Shown piece after piece: positions 36,860 through 45,215 of a DNA stretch of 64,000 nucleotides (positions are counted from its first letter, which is position 1; the number at the start of each line of letters is the position of its first letter). The position numbers and the translations under genes were made by a program. The stretch spans positions 169,401 to 233,400 of the forward strand of contig JBAYWG010000001.1 in NCBI GenBank assembly GCA_041674225.1, given 5' to 3'. Source of the stretch: Minisyncoccota bacterium. GTDB taxonomy: Bacteria > Patescibacteriota > Minisyncoccia > Phycocordibacterales > JAACPR01. A model generated the notes under the pieces. That model had not been told where the DNA came from. It did no database searches and saw only the letters and a program-made list of their open reading frames with translations.

Positions 36860-37153
36860 TTAAATTAGTTTATGCACGACATGACAAACAACACCCCAAA
36901 CTTCTTGATCTTCTTGCTGTGAAAATTTTTGAATTACAAATTCTCCGTCTAGATTTACTAAAACAATACTTCCAATTTTTGGCGACACCGAACGATCTAT
37001 CACCAGTACATCATTTTTTGCAATAAGAAGTTCTGGCAAATCAAAACCTTCATATCTAAAATAAAAAGTTGCGTGTGGATGAAGTGTAACAAGATTATAT
37101 AAATCCAACCTATCGTGACTAACATTTTCTGCAGATTGAAATAACGGTGTCAT
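36860..37153 (-). CDS. UmuD'-like / LexA C-terminal (S24 peptidase fold) protein, 97 aa, apparently lacking the catalytic Ser-Lys dyad and the N-terminal cleavable arm
   Basis: YEGFDLPELLIAKNDVLVIDRSVSPKIGSIVLVNLDGEFVIQKF aligns with UmuD [20 protein letters not shown]...GDIVIAAVDGEFTVKKL, with GDSM replaced by GFDL. Stop is 1 nt before the umuC start. Confidence 0.6.
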   Translation of the reverse strand: MTPLFQSAENVSHDRLDLYNLVTLHPHATFYFRYEGFDLPELLIAKNDVLVIDRSVSPKIGSIVLVNLDGEFVIQKFSQQEDQEVWGVVCHVVHKLI

Positions 37154-37207
37154 CCGTATATTGTATCTTTTATTTTTCTAGTCTGTCAACTTTTCTAGTT
37201 TTAAGTT

Positions 37208-37618
37208 TTAAACGACCTTACTCAAATCTCCCTCTATTAAAGTCGGATTAAAGCCAATAATCTCATCTTTTAGAATTCCTTCTGGAATATTAGCAAACAA
37301 AAATATTTTTTTATTTAATTTAAACGCATCATACATTTCCAAAAAAGTTGCGCCTCCAATGTAGTTTTGAATTCCATGTTTTTCAAAATTCAAAACAAGC
37401 ACTGCATCCTGATTATTTATCACACTCTCACTGTGTTTAATCATCGAAGATTTCCATTTTGAGTGTTCATCAAATCCAAGATCTCTGTATCTAGCCTCTG
37501 TCCCTGGATCATCAAAGCAATTCGGAAGTGTTACAACATGACCAGCGTCTTCTAGTTCATTTTTTATTTCAGGTATTTTATCGTAAAAGACCTTGCTGCA
37601 AATTAAAAATAATTTCAT
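37208..37618 (-). CDS. Hypothetical protein, weakly nucleoside 2-deoxyribosyltransferase-like (Rossmann-like, MKLFLICSKVF...DAVLVLNFEK...GGATFLEMYDAFKLNKKIFLF)
   Basis: Start set at the internal ATG (37618), 8 nt after the stop of the upstream gene. The longer 186-aa ORF overlaps that gene. Confidence 0.4.
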   Translation of the reverse strand: MKLFLICSKVFYDKIPEIKNELEDAGHVVTLPNCFDDPGTEARYRDLGFDEHSKWKSSMIKHSESVINNQDAVLVLNFEKHGIQNYIGGATFLEMYDAFKLNKKIFLFANIPEGILKDEIIGFNPTLIEGDLSKVV

Positions 37619-37625
37619 ACTAGAA

Positions 37626-38132
37626 TTATAACCCCCTACTATCATATGCCCAATGTAACACAGCTTGCCTTTGCCTAGCACGACAACTCTCGTCACCTTT
37701 CCTGCAATTTTTAACGATTTGCGCAATGTGTCGACTAATCGCCTTCCATCTCTTGATTTGTCTTGCATCCTCTTTTGGAATCCGACGTCCTAAATAATAT
37801 CTACAATACCATTGAAACCAACCTCGCGGATCTTCGTTATAAATCCAACCTTTCTTTTGCCATTCTTCCAAAGACTGCGATGCTTTTATACCAAAATAAT
37901 TTTTATCTTTCTCGTATTTTCCAGATACAGACAGGCTCGCTCCCTTAAACCAATCTTTCGGAAATTCATCATGCTCTCCATCAAAATATTTTCCTCCAAA
38001 TATTCCCAGTTTCAACATTTGCTTCGGTGTCAGATCCGGTTTGAATTCAGGATCAAAATTCTTCCCCTCTTTTTCAGTGAGTGTGTATTTGTAGTTTTTT
38101 TGATATCTATCGTTTACTTTTACTTCTTTCAC
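37626..38132 (-). CDS. Hypothetical protein (168 aa, Trp/Tyr/Arg-rich: GWFQWYCRYYLGRRIPKEDARQIKRW)
   Basis: GTG start preceded by GGGAGGTGG, which is part of the repeated intergenic module. Confidence 0.5.
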   Translation of the reverse strand: MKEVKVNDRYQKNYKYTLTEKEGKNFDPEFKPDLTPKQMLKLGIFGGKYFDGEHDEFPKDWFKGASLSVSGKYEKDKNYFGIKASQSLEEWQKKGWIYNEDPRGWFQWYCRYYLGRRIPKEDARQIKRWKAISRHIAQIVKNCRKGDESCRARQRQAVLHWAYDSRGL

Positions 38133-38140
38133 ACTAAAAA

Positions 38141-38186
38141 TATACCACCTCCCAAAACAAAAAACACCTCAATATTGAGGTGTTTT
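38141..38186 (-). repeat. Intergenic terminator/RBS module, copy 1 (hairpin acacctcaa-tat-ttgaggtgt + T-run + GGGAGGTG on the minus strand)
   Basis: About 40 of 45 nt identical to copies 2 and 3. Confidence 0.7.
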
Positions 38187-38198
38187 GGGAACTAATCC

Positions 38199-39095
38199 TT
38201 ATAAAGATTCAATCATTTTCCCATAAGCATCAAAAGACTTTTCCGCATTAACACGATCTTTACCTCCCTTTTTATAGTCCTCAACATTATCAATCAATCC
38301 TGATAAAAATGAATTTGTGATCAATCTAGCCAATGAAAGTTTGTTATTACTCTCCTCTTCATAAGAGTCAATAATATGTTGGAAGTGATTTGGAAAATCT
38401 CTAATATATCTAGAAAACTCTCTTGCAGTTTCACCATATTCGGAATTACCAAAATCGATAAAACCAGATATTTTTTTATCTTTTATTAAAACATTTTCGT
38501 GATGAGCATCGTTGTGAATAAATTGAAAAACAGACTGATCCAAAGTTGTGTCAAAAATACTTTTTGCTTTCTGAGCTAAATCTATCATATTTTTTGGCAA
38601 AGACTCATCAGAAATAATTAAATGATAATCTGCTAACACTTCTAAATGAAGTCCTGTAGAGTCGTCAACCAAGACACCCATTTCATTTGCGTTTTGTTTA
38701 CTAATTATTTTACCGATTTGGGCATGAAAATATCCAAGATTTCGCAAAATATCAATTCTTTCTTCTTCTGATAAATCTTTCCAAACATTACGCAGAGTAT
38801 CACCCTCAATAAATGAATATCCATACATGTCTGGATCTTGGGAAACAAAAATAACTTCAGGAACAGGAATTGTTAAATTTGATTCATATAATTTCTGTGC
38901 AACTTTTGCTTCAATAACTAAACTGTTTTGAGGAGTAAATTCTTGAATTTCTTTTTCCACTTTTACAATACATTTTTTACCAGTCTTAGTTTCCAAATAA
39001 TATGCGTTGTTAACAAACCCTGACGCTTTTAATTCAAATTTAGTAATTTTCTCTTTTATTATTTTTTCAATATCACCCCTTAAGTCTTCTGACAT
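38199..39095 (-). CDS. Aminoglycoside phosphotransferase (APH)/choline-kinase-like small-molecule kinase
   Basis: HNDAHHENVLIKDKKISGFIDFGNSEYGE (HxDxxxxN...DFG) catalytic and Mg-binding loops of the APH family. Confidence 0.75.
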   Translation of the reverse strand: MSEDLRGDIEKIIKEKITKFELKASGFVNNAYYLETKTGKKCIVKVEKEIQEFTPQNSLVIEAKVAQKLYESNLTIPVPEVIFVSQDPDMYGYSFIEGDTLRNVWKDLSEEERIDILRNLGYFHAQIGKIISKQNANEMGVLVDDSTGLHLEVLADYHLIISDESLPKNMIDLAQKAKSIFDTTLDQSVFQFIHNDAHHENVLIKDKKISGFIDFGNSEYGETAREFSRYIRDFPNHFQHIIDSYEEESNNKLSLARLITNSFLSGLIDNVEDYKKGGKDRVNAEKSFDAYGKMIESL

Positions 39096-39104
39096 ACAAA
39101 AAAT

Positions 39105-39146
39105 ATAGCACTTCCCAAAACAAAAAACACCTCAATCTTGAGGTGT
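39105..39146 (-). repeat. Intergenic terminator/RBS module, copy 2
   Basis: cacttcccaaaacaaaaaacacctcaatcttgaggtgt. Confidence 0.7.
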
Positions 39147-39170
39147 CGATAAGTTAAGTTGTTGTATATA

Positions 39171-39968
39171 TTAAATTTTCTTTTTCCAAAACACTCTACT
39201 ATTCACAGGCTCACCTTCTTCTCTTGATAATGAAATTTCATTTGTTTCAACTCTTTCAAAATCAATACTTTCTGGAACCGTCTCATACAAAAGCTTGGCT
39301 TTTGTATCCTTCATTAAACCCGCATATTGTTCTAAAATTGTTTCAGAAGTCGGCATAAGAAACACATCAACGCCAATTTCTTTTGCAGCTGACTTAACAT
39401 CTTCCAACAATTCCTTTTGATAATTTGGAATACTACCGGCACCAAAGCACTTATTACATTTTACATATTCTGTTTTAGTAACATTCACACCCCCTTTTCC
39501 ATTGCACATCTCACACTTATCACGACTTACTTCTTTAAGTTTCTTATTCTTGGTTTTTTGTAATAGATCAGATTGAATCTCCTCGATAAGCCAAGCCTTT
39601 TCAAATACACCTAAATCGCTTACAACATTTCTTTGACTTATTTTCATCCAAGAGTAAACCTCCAGAGGTTTATCTGTTCTGAAATGTGAACTCGTATGCA
39701 TATAATCTAACTCGGCGTCACCTAATTCATAAACATTAATCATTTCTTCTAACGAAGCTTCTTTGATTATTATTATTCTATCTCCTTCACCTCTTTTAAC
39801 ATAAGGCAAAATATCCGAAGAAAATGCTTTTAATCCATCTTTCAAAATACCATTATTTAATCTTTTTACAGTCTCATTAATATCTTCTATACTTTCAATA
39901 TCATTCTCTATTTCATCATCAAAAATAGTTTGAGGAAATTTTTCTTTCATATACAAAAATTCTACCAC
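39171..39968 (-). CDS. Hypothetical protein with C-terminal CxxC...CxxC zinc-ribbon (CEMCNGKGG...CNKCFGAGS)
   Basis: 265-aa ORF. The true start may be the second Met (MKEKFPQ). Confidence 0.5.
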   Translation of the reverse strand: MVEFLYMKEKFPQTIFDDEIENDIESIEDINETVKRLNNGILKDGLKAFSSDILPYVKRGEGDRIIIIKEASLEEMINVYELGDAELDYMHTSSHFRTDKPLEVYSWMKISQRNVVSDLGVFEKAWLIEEIQSDLLQKTKNKKLKEVSRDKCEMCNGKGGVNVTKTEYVKCNKCFGAGSIPNYQKELLEDVKSAAKEIGVDVFLMPTSETILEQYAGLMKDTKAKLLYETVPESIDFERVETNEISLSREEGEPVNSRVFWKKKI

Positions 39969-40009
39969 TCTCCTAAAACAAAAAACACCTCAATCTTGAG
40001 GTGTTTTTT
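39961..40009 (-). repeat. Intergenic terminator/RBS module, copy 3 (directly abutting tRNA-Asp)
   Basis: ctaccactctcctaaaacaaaaaacacctcaatcttgaggtgtttttt. Confidence 0.7.
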
Positions 40010-40015
40010 GAACTG

Positions 40016-40089
40016 CGCGAGTGATGGGACTCGAACCCACGACCTTCCGCGTGACAGGCGGACGCTCTAACCAGCTGAGCTACACCCGC
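40016..40089 (-). tRNA. tRNA-Asp (anticodon GUC)
   Basis: Hand-folded: acceptor GCGGGUG/CACUCGC, D-arm GCUC-AGCUGGUUA-GAGC, anticodon arm UCCGC-CUGUCAC-GCGGA, T-arm GUGGG-UUCGAGU-CCCAU, discriminator G. Confidence 0.85.
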
Positions 40090-40170
40090 AAATGTGTAAG
40101 CAAATTACATAACAAATGCGTTTCGCTACTTTACCAAATAAAGCTCTGTTTATCAAATACCCCTAACGTG

Positions 40171-40244
40171 TCCCGAGGGACGGAATTGAACCGTCGACCT
40201 TAGCTTTATGAGTGCTACGCTCTAACCAACTGAGCTACCCCGGG
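40171..40244 (-). tRNA. tRNA with CAU anticodon (elongator Met or Ile2/lysidine type; C1-G72 paired, so not an initiator)
   Basis: Hand-folded: acceptor CCCGGGG/CCUCGGG, D-arm GCUC-AGUUGGUUA-GAGC, anticodon arm UAGCA-CUCAUAA-AGCUA (A31:A39 mismatch), T-arm GACGG-UUCAAUU-CCGUC. Confidence 0.7.
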
Positions 40245-40292
40245 ATTCTACAAAACCTTTGCAGAACACACTATAATAGTATCAGTCAATTT

Positions 40293-41264
40293 TTACAAGT
40301 CGGAGTCCAATTCCACACTTTCATTAACCAAAAACTCAACCTCTTGCTCTAGTCTTATTCTCACAGAACTATCTAAAGTTGTTGAAGCATTAGTGAAATC
40401 AGATCCCAATATCTCCTCTTTTGCTTCCAGCACGATATCGTCTACAAGAGACTCGACCTCTTCAACTCGAGTATTTGAAATATCTTCCACATGTTTAGAT
40501 AGAGCATCTAGCGCAACATTTCTTAATGAACGAAATTTTTCTCGCATTTCTTTTTTATCGTTTTCTTTTTCTGTTTCTTCTTTTAGCTCAACTAATTCAA
40601 CTTGTTCATCTTCGGCTTTTTTTTCATCAATATCTTTATCATCAACTTCTTCTTTTGTTTCAATTTCAGATATGATAGAGAAAGATACAGAAGCATCTAG
40701 TTCTCCGGTTTCTTCAGACAACCCCAAGACATCTTCACTAATATCTAGAGCAGCGACAACCACTTGATGATCTTCCAATGTATCTTCTTCCGAATCTTCA
40801 GAAACTTCCAAAGCCAAAATTACATCAGAAACATTTTCTTCCAAAGCCTCTTCAAAATCTACAAGTGCATCCTTTTTTATTTCACCCTCCCTAGCAAGAA
40901 TTTTTATTTCACTCACTCTTTTTGTTAAAAGAGATTGATAGTATTCGTTCTTCTCTTCTTTAGGAACAAATGCAGCTTTTACTTCTTCATTTATATTTGT
41001 TTTTACTTTATACAAAACATCCCCGGGCAAACTTCTTTCAGCAGCAAAAGAAACAGGCGCTCCAATAATTGCAAACATTATCAAAGCCGCTGGTACTGCG
41101 CGTAAATAAAAAGACCAAGCAAAGAAAGGTGACGGTTGTGCAACTGGTGTAATTCTCCCAAAAATATTTGATTTTAGATTTTCTTTTTCAGAAACACTCA
41201 AAGACACTTGCTTGTACGCATTTTCAAAATTTTCAATATCTTTTTGTAATTTTGGGTTATTCAT
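40293..41264 (-). CDS. Putative membrane-anchored anti-sigma factor / acidic hypothetical protein
   Basis: 8-nt overlap with the upstream ECF sigma gene. Single TM (AVPAALIMFAIIGAPVSFAA) after a short cytoplasmic N-terminus, and a highly acidic extracytoplasmic C-terminal half. Function inferred from position only. Confidence 0.4.
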   Translation of the reverse strand: MNNPKLQKDIENFENAYKQVSLSVSEKENLKSNIFGRITPVAQPSPFFAWSFYLRAVPAALIMFAIIGAPVSFAAERSLPGDVLYKVKTNINEEVKAAFVPKEEKNEYYQSLLTKRVSEIKILAREGEIKKDALVDFEEALEENVSDVILALEVSEDSEEDTLEDHQVVVAALDISEDVLGLSEETGELDASVSFSIISEIETKEEVDDKDIDEKKAEDEQVELVELKEETEKENDKKEMREKFRSLRNVALDALSKHVEDISNTRVEEVESLVDDIVLEAKEEILGSDFTNASTTLDSSVRIRLEQEVEFLVNESVELDSDL

Positions 41265-41808
41265 TTTTTTCTTTTTTATTATATAAATCTTCTAACTGTG
41301 CGAGTGCTCTATGCAATCTCACAGAAATAACATTTTCACTTACACCATGTATATCAGCAATTTCTTTTACAGAAAAGCCTTCAATGTGTCTCAATAAAAT
41401 CAGATCGGAATCTTTCTTTTCTATAAGACCGAGCATCTGATTTAGATCTGAAGCAATTATTGTTTTTGAAATATCTTGGCTATTATCCGCGATATCAAAA
41501 CCTGCTTCAGACAGCGTATCCAATGAAGAATGATGCACATCTCTCTCGTAGCTATTCACCAAAAGATTATGAGCGATTCTATATAAAAGAGCTTTTGGGA
41601 ATTCCACATCTTTCCCTTTTCCAAGATACGATTGCCACATCCGAACAAACACCTCTTGAGTCAAATCAAGTGCTTTTTCTTTGTCTCGAATACGAAACAT
41701 CAAATATCTGAAAATGTCATCAACATAAGCGTCGTACAACATTTCCATATTTTTTCGGCTTTTATTATTCATTGAATATGTACGTATTCGCAACTGGTAA
41801 CCCTGCAA
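41257..41808 (-). CDS. ECF-type RNA polymerase sigma-70 factor
   Basis: Region 2 (ALDLTQEVFVRMWQSYL...ALLYRIAHNLLVNSYER) and region 4 HTH (ILLRHIEGFSVKEIADIHGVSENVISVRLHRALAQL). Confidence 0.85.
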   Translation of the reverse strand: MQGYQLRIRTYSMNNKSRKNMEMLYDAYVDDIFRYLMFRIRDKEKALDLTQEVFVRMWQSYLGKGKDVEFPKALLYRIAHNLLVNSYERDVHHSSLDTLSEAGFDIADNSQDISKTIIASDLNQMLGLIEKKDSDLILLRHIEGFSVKEIADIHGVSENVISVRLHRALAQLEDLYNKKEKNE

Positions 41809-41956
41809 ATACTGATTTCTTACATTCTATGTAAGATTTTAGCTCCTGCGGTGTCATTAATAGTGGAACCCCATGTACTCTGACAATTAAATATTACTCA
41901 GAAAAGCATGGAGTTATTATAGTTAACAACACACTTATAAGTATAACAATATTACT

Positions 41957-43981
41957 ATGAATCAATCTAATCAAAAATTTGATGTGGTTTGGCACTCAAG
42001 AATCAGCCGCACATTAAAGAAACTAAAGAAAAGTACTGCCCAAATGACAGTAGCTTTAGTGATGGCAGCAATTATTGCTGTTCCATCAGTAAGCGCACTA
42101 ACATCAAGCGATGTAGAATTATTAATCGCACTTGGAATCATTCCAGCTGATAAAGCCGCTGTAGCACGAGCTGCTGTTTCAGGAAATTCAAACACAGTAT
42201 CATGTGGTGTTTTCATGAGAGATTTAACTCTTGGATCAACAGGATCTGATGTAGTCTCTCTACAAACATTTCTTGAATCAAAAGGAAAACTAACAATGCC
42301 AGTTGGAGTTTCAAAAGGATATTTTGGACAACTAACAAGACAAGCTCTTGCGAGTTACCAAGCTTCAGTTGGAATTGCTCCAGCTGTAGGATATTTTGGA
42401 CCAATCACTAGATCAAATGTTGCTCTAGCATGTGCTCCAGGAAATCCAAATCCAGGTACACCTAACAATCCAAACCCAGAACTTTCAAATAAGGAAGCAA
42501 GACTTTCTGATTACGACCGAGAGAACTCATATTCAAATGAAACTCTTGAGGAAGGAGAAACAGCAAAAGTTTTTGCTGCTGAATTTTCTGTGGAAGATGG
42601 AGATGTAAAAATAGACCGTGTAGATATTGCTCTTGAAGCAGTGTCAGAAACTAACGAGGATGAACCTTGGAAACAAATTGAATCTATTACTTTGTTCATC
42701 AACGGTGACGAAGTTGATTCAATGGATGTAGATAGCGAAGATGATTGGTCACGAGAATCAAGTACAGAAACTCCTACAACTAGCCGAGCCTACGAAGTAA
42801 GATTCGCTGGATTGGATACTGTAGTTGAAGAAGGTGATGACGCTCTAATCGAAATTGAAATCAAAACATCAGACCGAATTGATGACAACGATCTAACACA
42901 ATCATGGAAAATTTGGATCCCAACAGATGGAATCCGAGCCGTGGATGGAAAAGGAATTGATCATTATGAAGGTTCAAACTCAGAATCAACAGAATTCGAA
43001 ATCGAAACTGCTGATGATGGTGATGTATCAATTCGTTCAAGTGATGATGATCTAGATGCATCTATCTTGGTTGTAGATACTGACACTAAATCTTCATCAT
43101 ACGAAGTGTTTAGATTTGAAGTTGAAGCAGATGATGCTGATATTTTCCTAAACACTCTTACAATCGTAGCTTCAACTTCTGATAACAACATTAATGATGT
43201 TGTATCAGAACTTACAGTTGAAATTGACGGAGACGAATTTGATTTCGACTCAGTATCAACTACAGCTAACGTAGGAGAATACCTATTCGACTTTGAAGAT
43301 AACAACGATGACGTTGGTGTGGACAAAGACGATACTGTTGAAGTAGTTGTATTTGTAAGATTCCACAAAAATACAGGAAACTATGCAGATGGTACTACTG
43401 TACAATTTGGAATCGGAAAAATTGATGGTTCTGACTACGGTGATATTGGAATCACAGCAGAAGGACAATCAACTGGAGACAATGCTGATGTAACAGGACG
43501 ACAAGAAGGTTCTCTACACACATTGAGAACAGAAGGAATTTCAACTACCTCAACTGGTAATACATTCACTTACCGAGACAACCTAACAGGTACATTGTCA
43601 GACGATGAAGGAATTTACAAATTCCAAATAAGAGTTACAGCTCTAGAAGAGGATGCTTGGATCGACAACAGTGTTGCGACAACATCATCAACAACAGCTG
43701 GATTTGTAGCGACTGTCACAGGAGATACATTCAATGGTGAATCATCAGCGAGAATTGCTGACACAACAGCAGATGTATTAACTAATAATCGATACAAAAT
43801 TTCAGAAGGAACTTCAGAGACATTCGAGATTGTAGTAGAACTTGATCCAGCTACTGCAGGAGCATATGGTTTGACACTTTCAAACATCAACTTCGCAATC
43901 AGCTCAAATGGAACACAAGTAGAATACGTTGTACCGAATGAAACTCAATACAGAATTTCAAGTAAAACAATCAAAAATTAA
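41957..43981 (+). CDS. Secreted protein with N-terminal peptidoglycan-binding (PG_binding_1-like) repeats and a long acidic Asp/Thr/Ser-rich region
   Basis: Signal/anchor MTVALVMAAIIAVPSVSA. Two repeats of the DLTLGSTGSDVVSLQTFLESKG...GYFGQLTRQALASYQ / GYFGPITRSNVALAC type. Confidence 0.6.
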   Translation: MNQSNQKFDVVWHSRISRTLKKLKKSTAQMTVALVMAAIIAVPSVSALTSSDVELLIALGIIPADKAAVARAAVSGNSNTVSCGVFMRDLTLGSTGSDVVSLQTFLESKGKLTMPVGVSKGYFGQLTRQALASYQASVGIAPAVGYFGPITRSNVALACAPGNPNPGTPNNPNPELSNKEARLSDYDRENSYSNETLEEGETAKVFAAEFSVEDGDVKIDRVDIALEAVSETNEDEPWKQIESITLFINGDEVDSMDVDSEDDWSRESSTETPTTSRAYEVRFAGLDTVVEEGDDALIEIEIKTSDRIDDNDLTQSWKIWIPTDGIRAVDGKGIDHYEGSNSESTEFEIETADDGDVSIRSSDDDLDASILVVDTDTKSSSYEVFRFEVEADDADIFLNTLTIVASTSDNNINDVVSELTVEIDGDEFDFDSVSTTANVGEYLFDFEDNNDDVGVDKDDTVEVVVFVRFHKNTGNYADGTTVQFGIGKIDGSDYGDIGITAEGQSTGDNADVTGRQEGSLHTLRTEGISTTSTGNTFTYRDNLTGTLSDDEGIYKFQIRVTALEEDAWIDNSVATTSSTTAGFVATVTGDTFNGESSARIADTTADVLTNNRYKISEGTSETFEIVVELDPATAGAYGLTLSNINFAISSNGTQVEYVVPNETQYRISSKTIKN

Positions 43982-44006
43982 TAATTTCTGATTAGTTGAA
44001 AGAAAG

Positions 44007-44040
44007 CAAAAGGCCGCCCGTAAGGGCGGCCTTTTGCTTT
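44007..44040 (+). terminator. Rho-independent terminator (stem ggccgccc/gggcggcc, loop gtaa, T-run), A-run upstream so potentially bidirectional
   Basis: Read directly from the sequence. Confidence 0.7.
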
Positions 44041-44069
44041 GTCTGTTTTATTAGCTTCAATCTAACTTG

Positions 44070-44140
44070 TTGCGGGGCCCGGAATTGCACCGGGGTCTAG
44101 AGGTTATGAGCCTCTCGAGGTACTACTCCTCTACCCCGCG
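44070..44140 (-). tRNA. Initiator tRNA-fMet (anticodon CAU, C1:A72 mismatch)
   Basis: Hand-folded: acceptor CGCGGGG/CCCCGCA leaves C1 opposite A72, the bacterial initiator hallmark. D-arm GAGG-AGUAGUA-CCUC, anticodon arm AGAGG-CUCAUAA-CCUCU, T-arm CCCGG-UGCAAUU-CCGGG. 71 nt. Confidence 0.7.
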
Positions 44141-44207
44141 ATATATTTACCAACTTTTTGGATGCCCAAAATACTACACGAAAAAACCTGTTTAGTCAAT
44201 TTCAATC

Positions 44208-45215
44208 CTAAATATAATAAAACTCTTCAAAAACTTGTCGATACAAATTAATCACTCTTTCAGCTTCAGATTTTGAGAAAGTAAAATCACCTCCTCTGTG
44301 AGCAATATGATTTCTAATCTTATGAGCCTCCCATGCTTTATTCAAAGTAATAAAATCTGACTCCTCAATTTGTTTTAATTTGTCACCAATAGAATCTCCG
44401 TCGTAATTCATTCGAGAAAGCATTTCATCTAAAATAATATCCGCCTCAATAATAGCTTGTCTCCAATCACTTGAACTATGAGATTGAATTAAATTTTCAA
44501 CTCTAATCCATCTTTCATTTTTGGGACCAGTTGGAGTTTGTTCTTCTACTTCAAAAGAAAATCCCAACGCGCTAGCATCTCCGGTCGGCAAGTTTGAAGG
44601 CAATCCGAAACTTGCCAAACTAACTGGTTCAGAAAATTCTTCATTCTGTTTAATTTTTCTTTGCAAAGATTGGAATTCTAAACTTTTTTTATTCTGAGAA
44701 AGAATAGTGGCTTTCTTTTGTTTTTTAGAAATATTAAAAATCAAAAATAAAAACACAATCGCTAAAATTAATCCAATTGGTCTAAATATATCTAGAAAAA
44801 TTGGTACAATATTTAAAGCTCTGAAGAAACCTATTTCACTTGTTAGATCTTTTGCAGAAACCCAACCGTCAGGAGTTTCTTGATAATCAACTCTAAACCA
44901 TTTCTGTCCGTACAAATCTACAGGGCCCTCTAAAATTTTTCCAATAGCACCTTTTATTTGTTCACCAATAATCGCACCAGCTGGGGTTTGTCTTACCTTT
45001 GTATCCCAAATATTTGCAACTTTTTTTCCTACAGATAAATCTCCTACAGGAACAATTCTCAAATCCCCTTCAGTGATTCCCACTTCCAAATTTTGTTCTT
45101 CTACTTTGTTTGTAAATTTATTTACAAAACTTCCAAAAATAAAAACTATCGCAATCATTGCGACAACTGTCCAAAGTAATCCTGAGTCAGTGCTTTCAAC
45201 TGGTTTATCTGCCAT
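44208..45215 (-). CDS. Membrane-associated protein with an SH3b-like segment (GQKWFRVDYQETPDGWVSAKDL) and a C-terminal HEPN-like Rx4H motif (KIRNHIAHRGGD)
   Basis: Starts 1 nt after the gatA stop. Two hydrophobic helices. Domain calls are motif-level. Confidence 0.45.
   Translation of the reverse strand: MADKPVESTDSGLLWTVVAMIAIVFIFGSFVNKFTNKVEEQNLEVGITEGDLRIVPVGDLSVGKKVANIWDTKVRQTPAGAIIGEQIKGAIGKILEGPVDLYGQKWFRVDYQETPDGWVSAKDLTSEIGFFRALNIVPIFLDIFRPIGLILAIVFLFLIFNISKKQKKATILSQNKKSLEFQSLQRKIKQNEEFSEPVSLASFGLPSNLPTGDASALGFSFEVEEQTPTGPKNERWIRVENLIQSHSSSDWRQAIIEADIILDEMLSRMNYDGDSIGDKLKQIEESDFITLNKAWEAHKIRNHIAHRGGDFTFSKSEAERVINLYRQVFEEFYYI

Noticed and set aside
37208-37768. Long (186-aa) version of the NDT-like ORF
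   Set aside because: Its first 50 codons overlap the preceding gene (37626..38132) in another frame. An internal ATG 8 nt after that gene's stop gives a non-overlapping 137-aa product, which I used instead.
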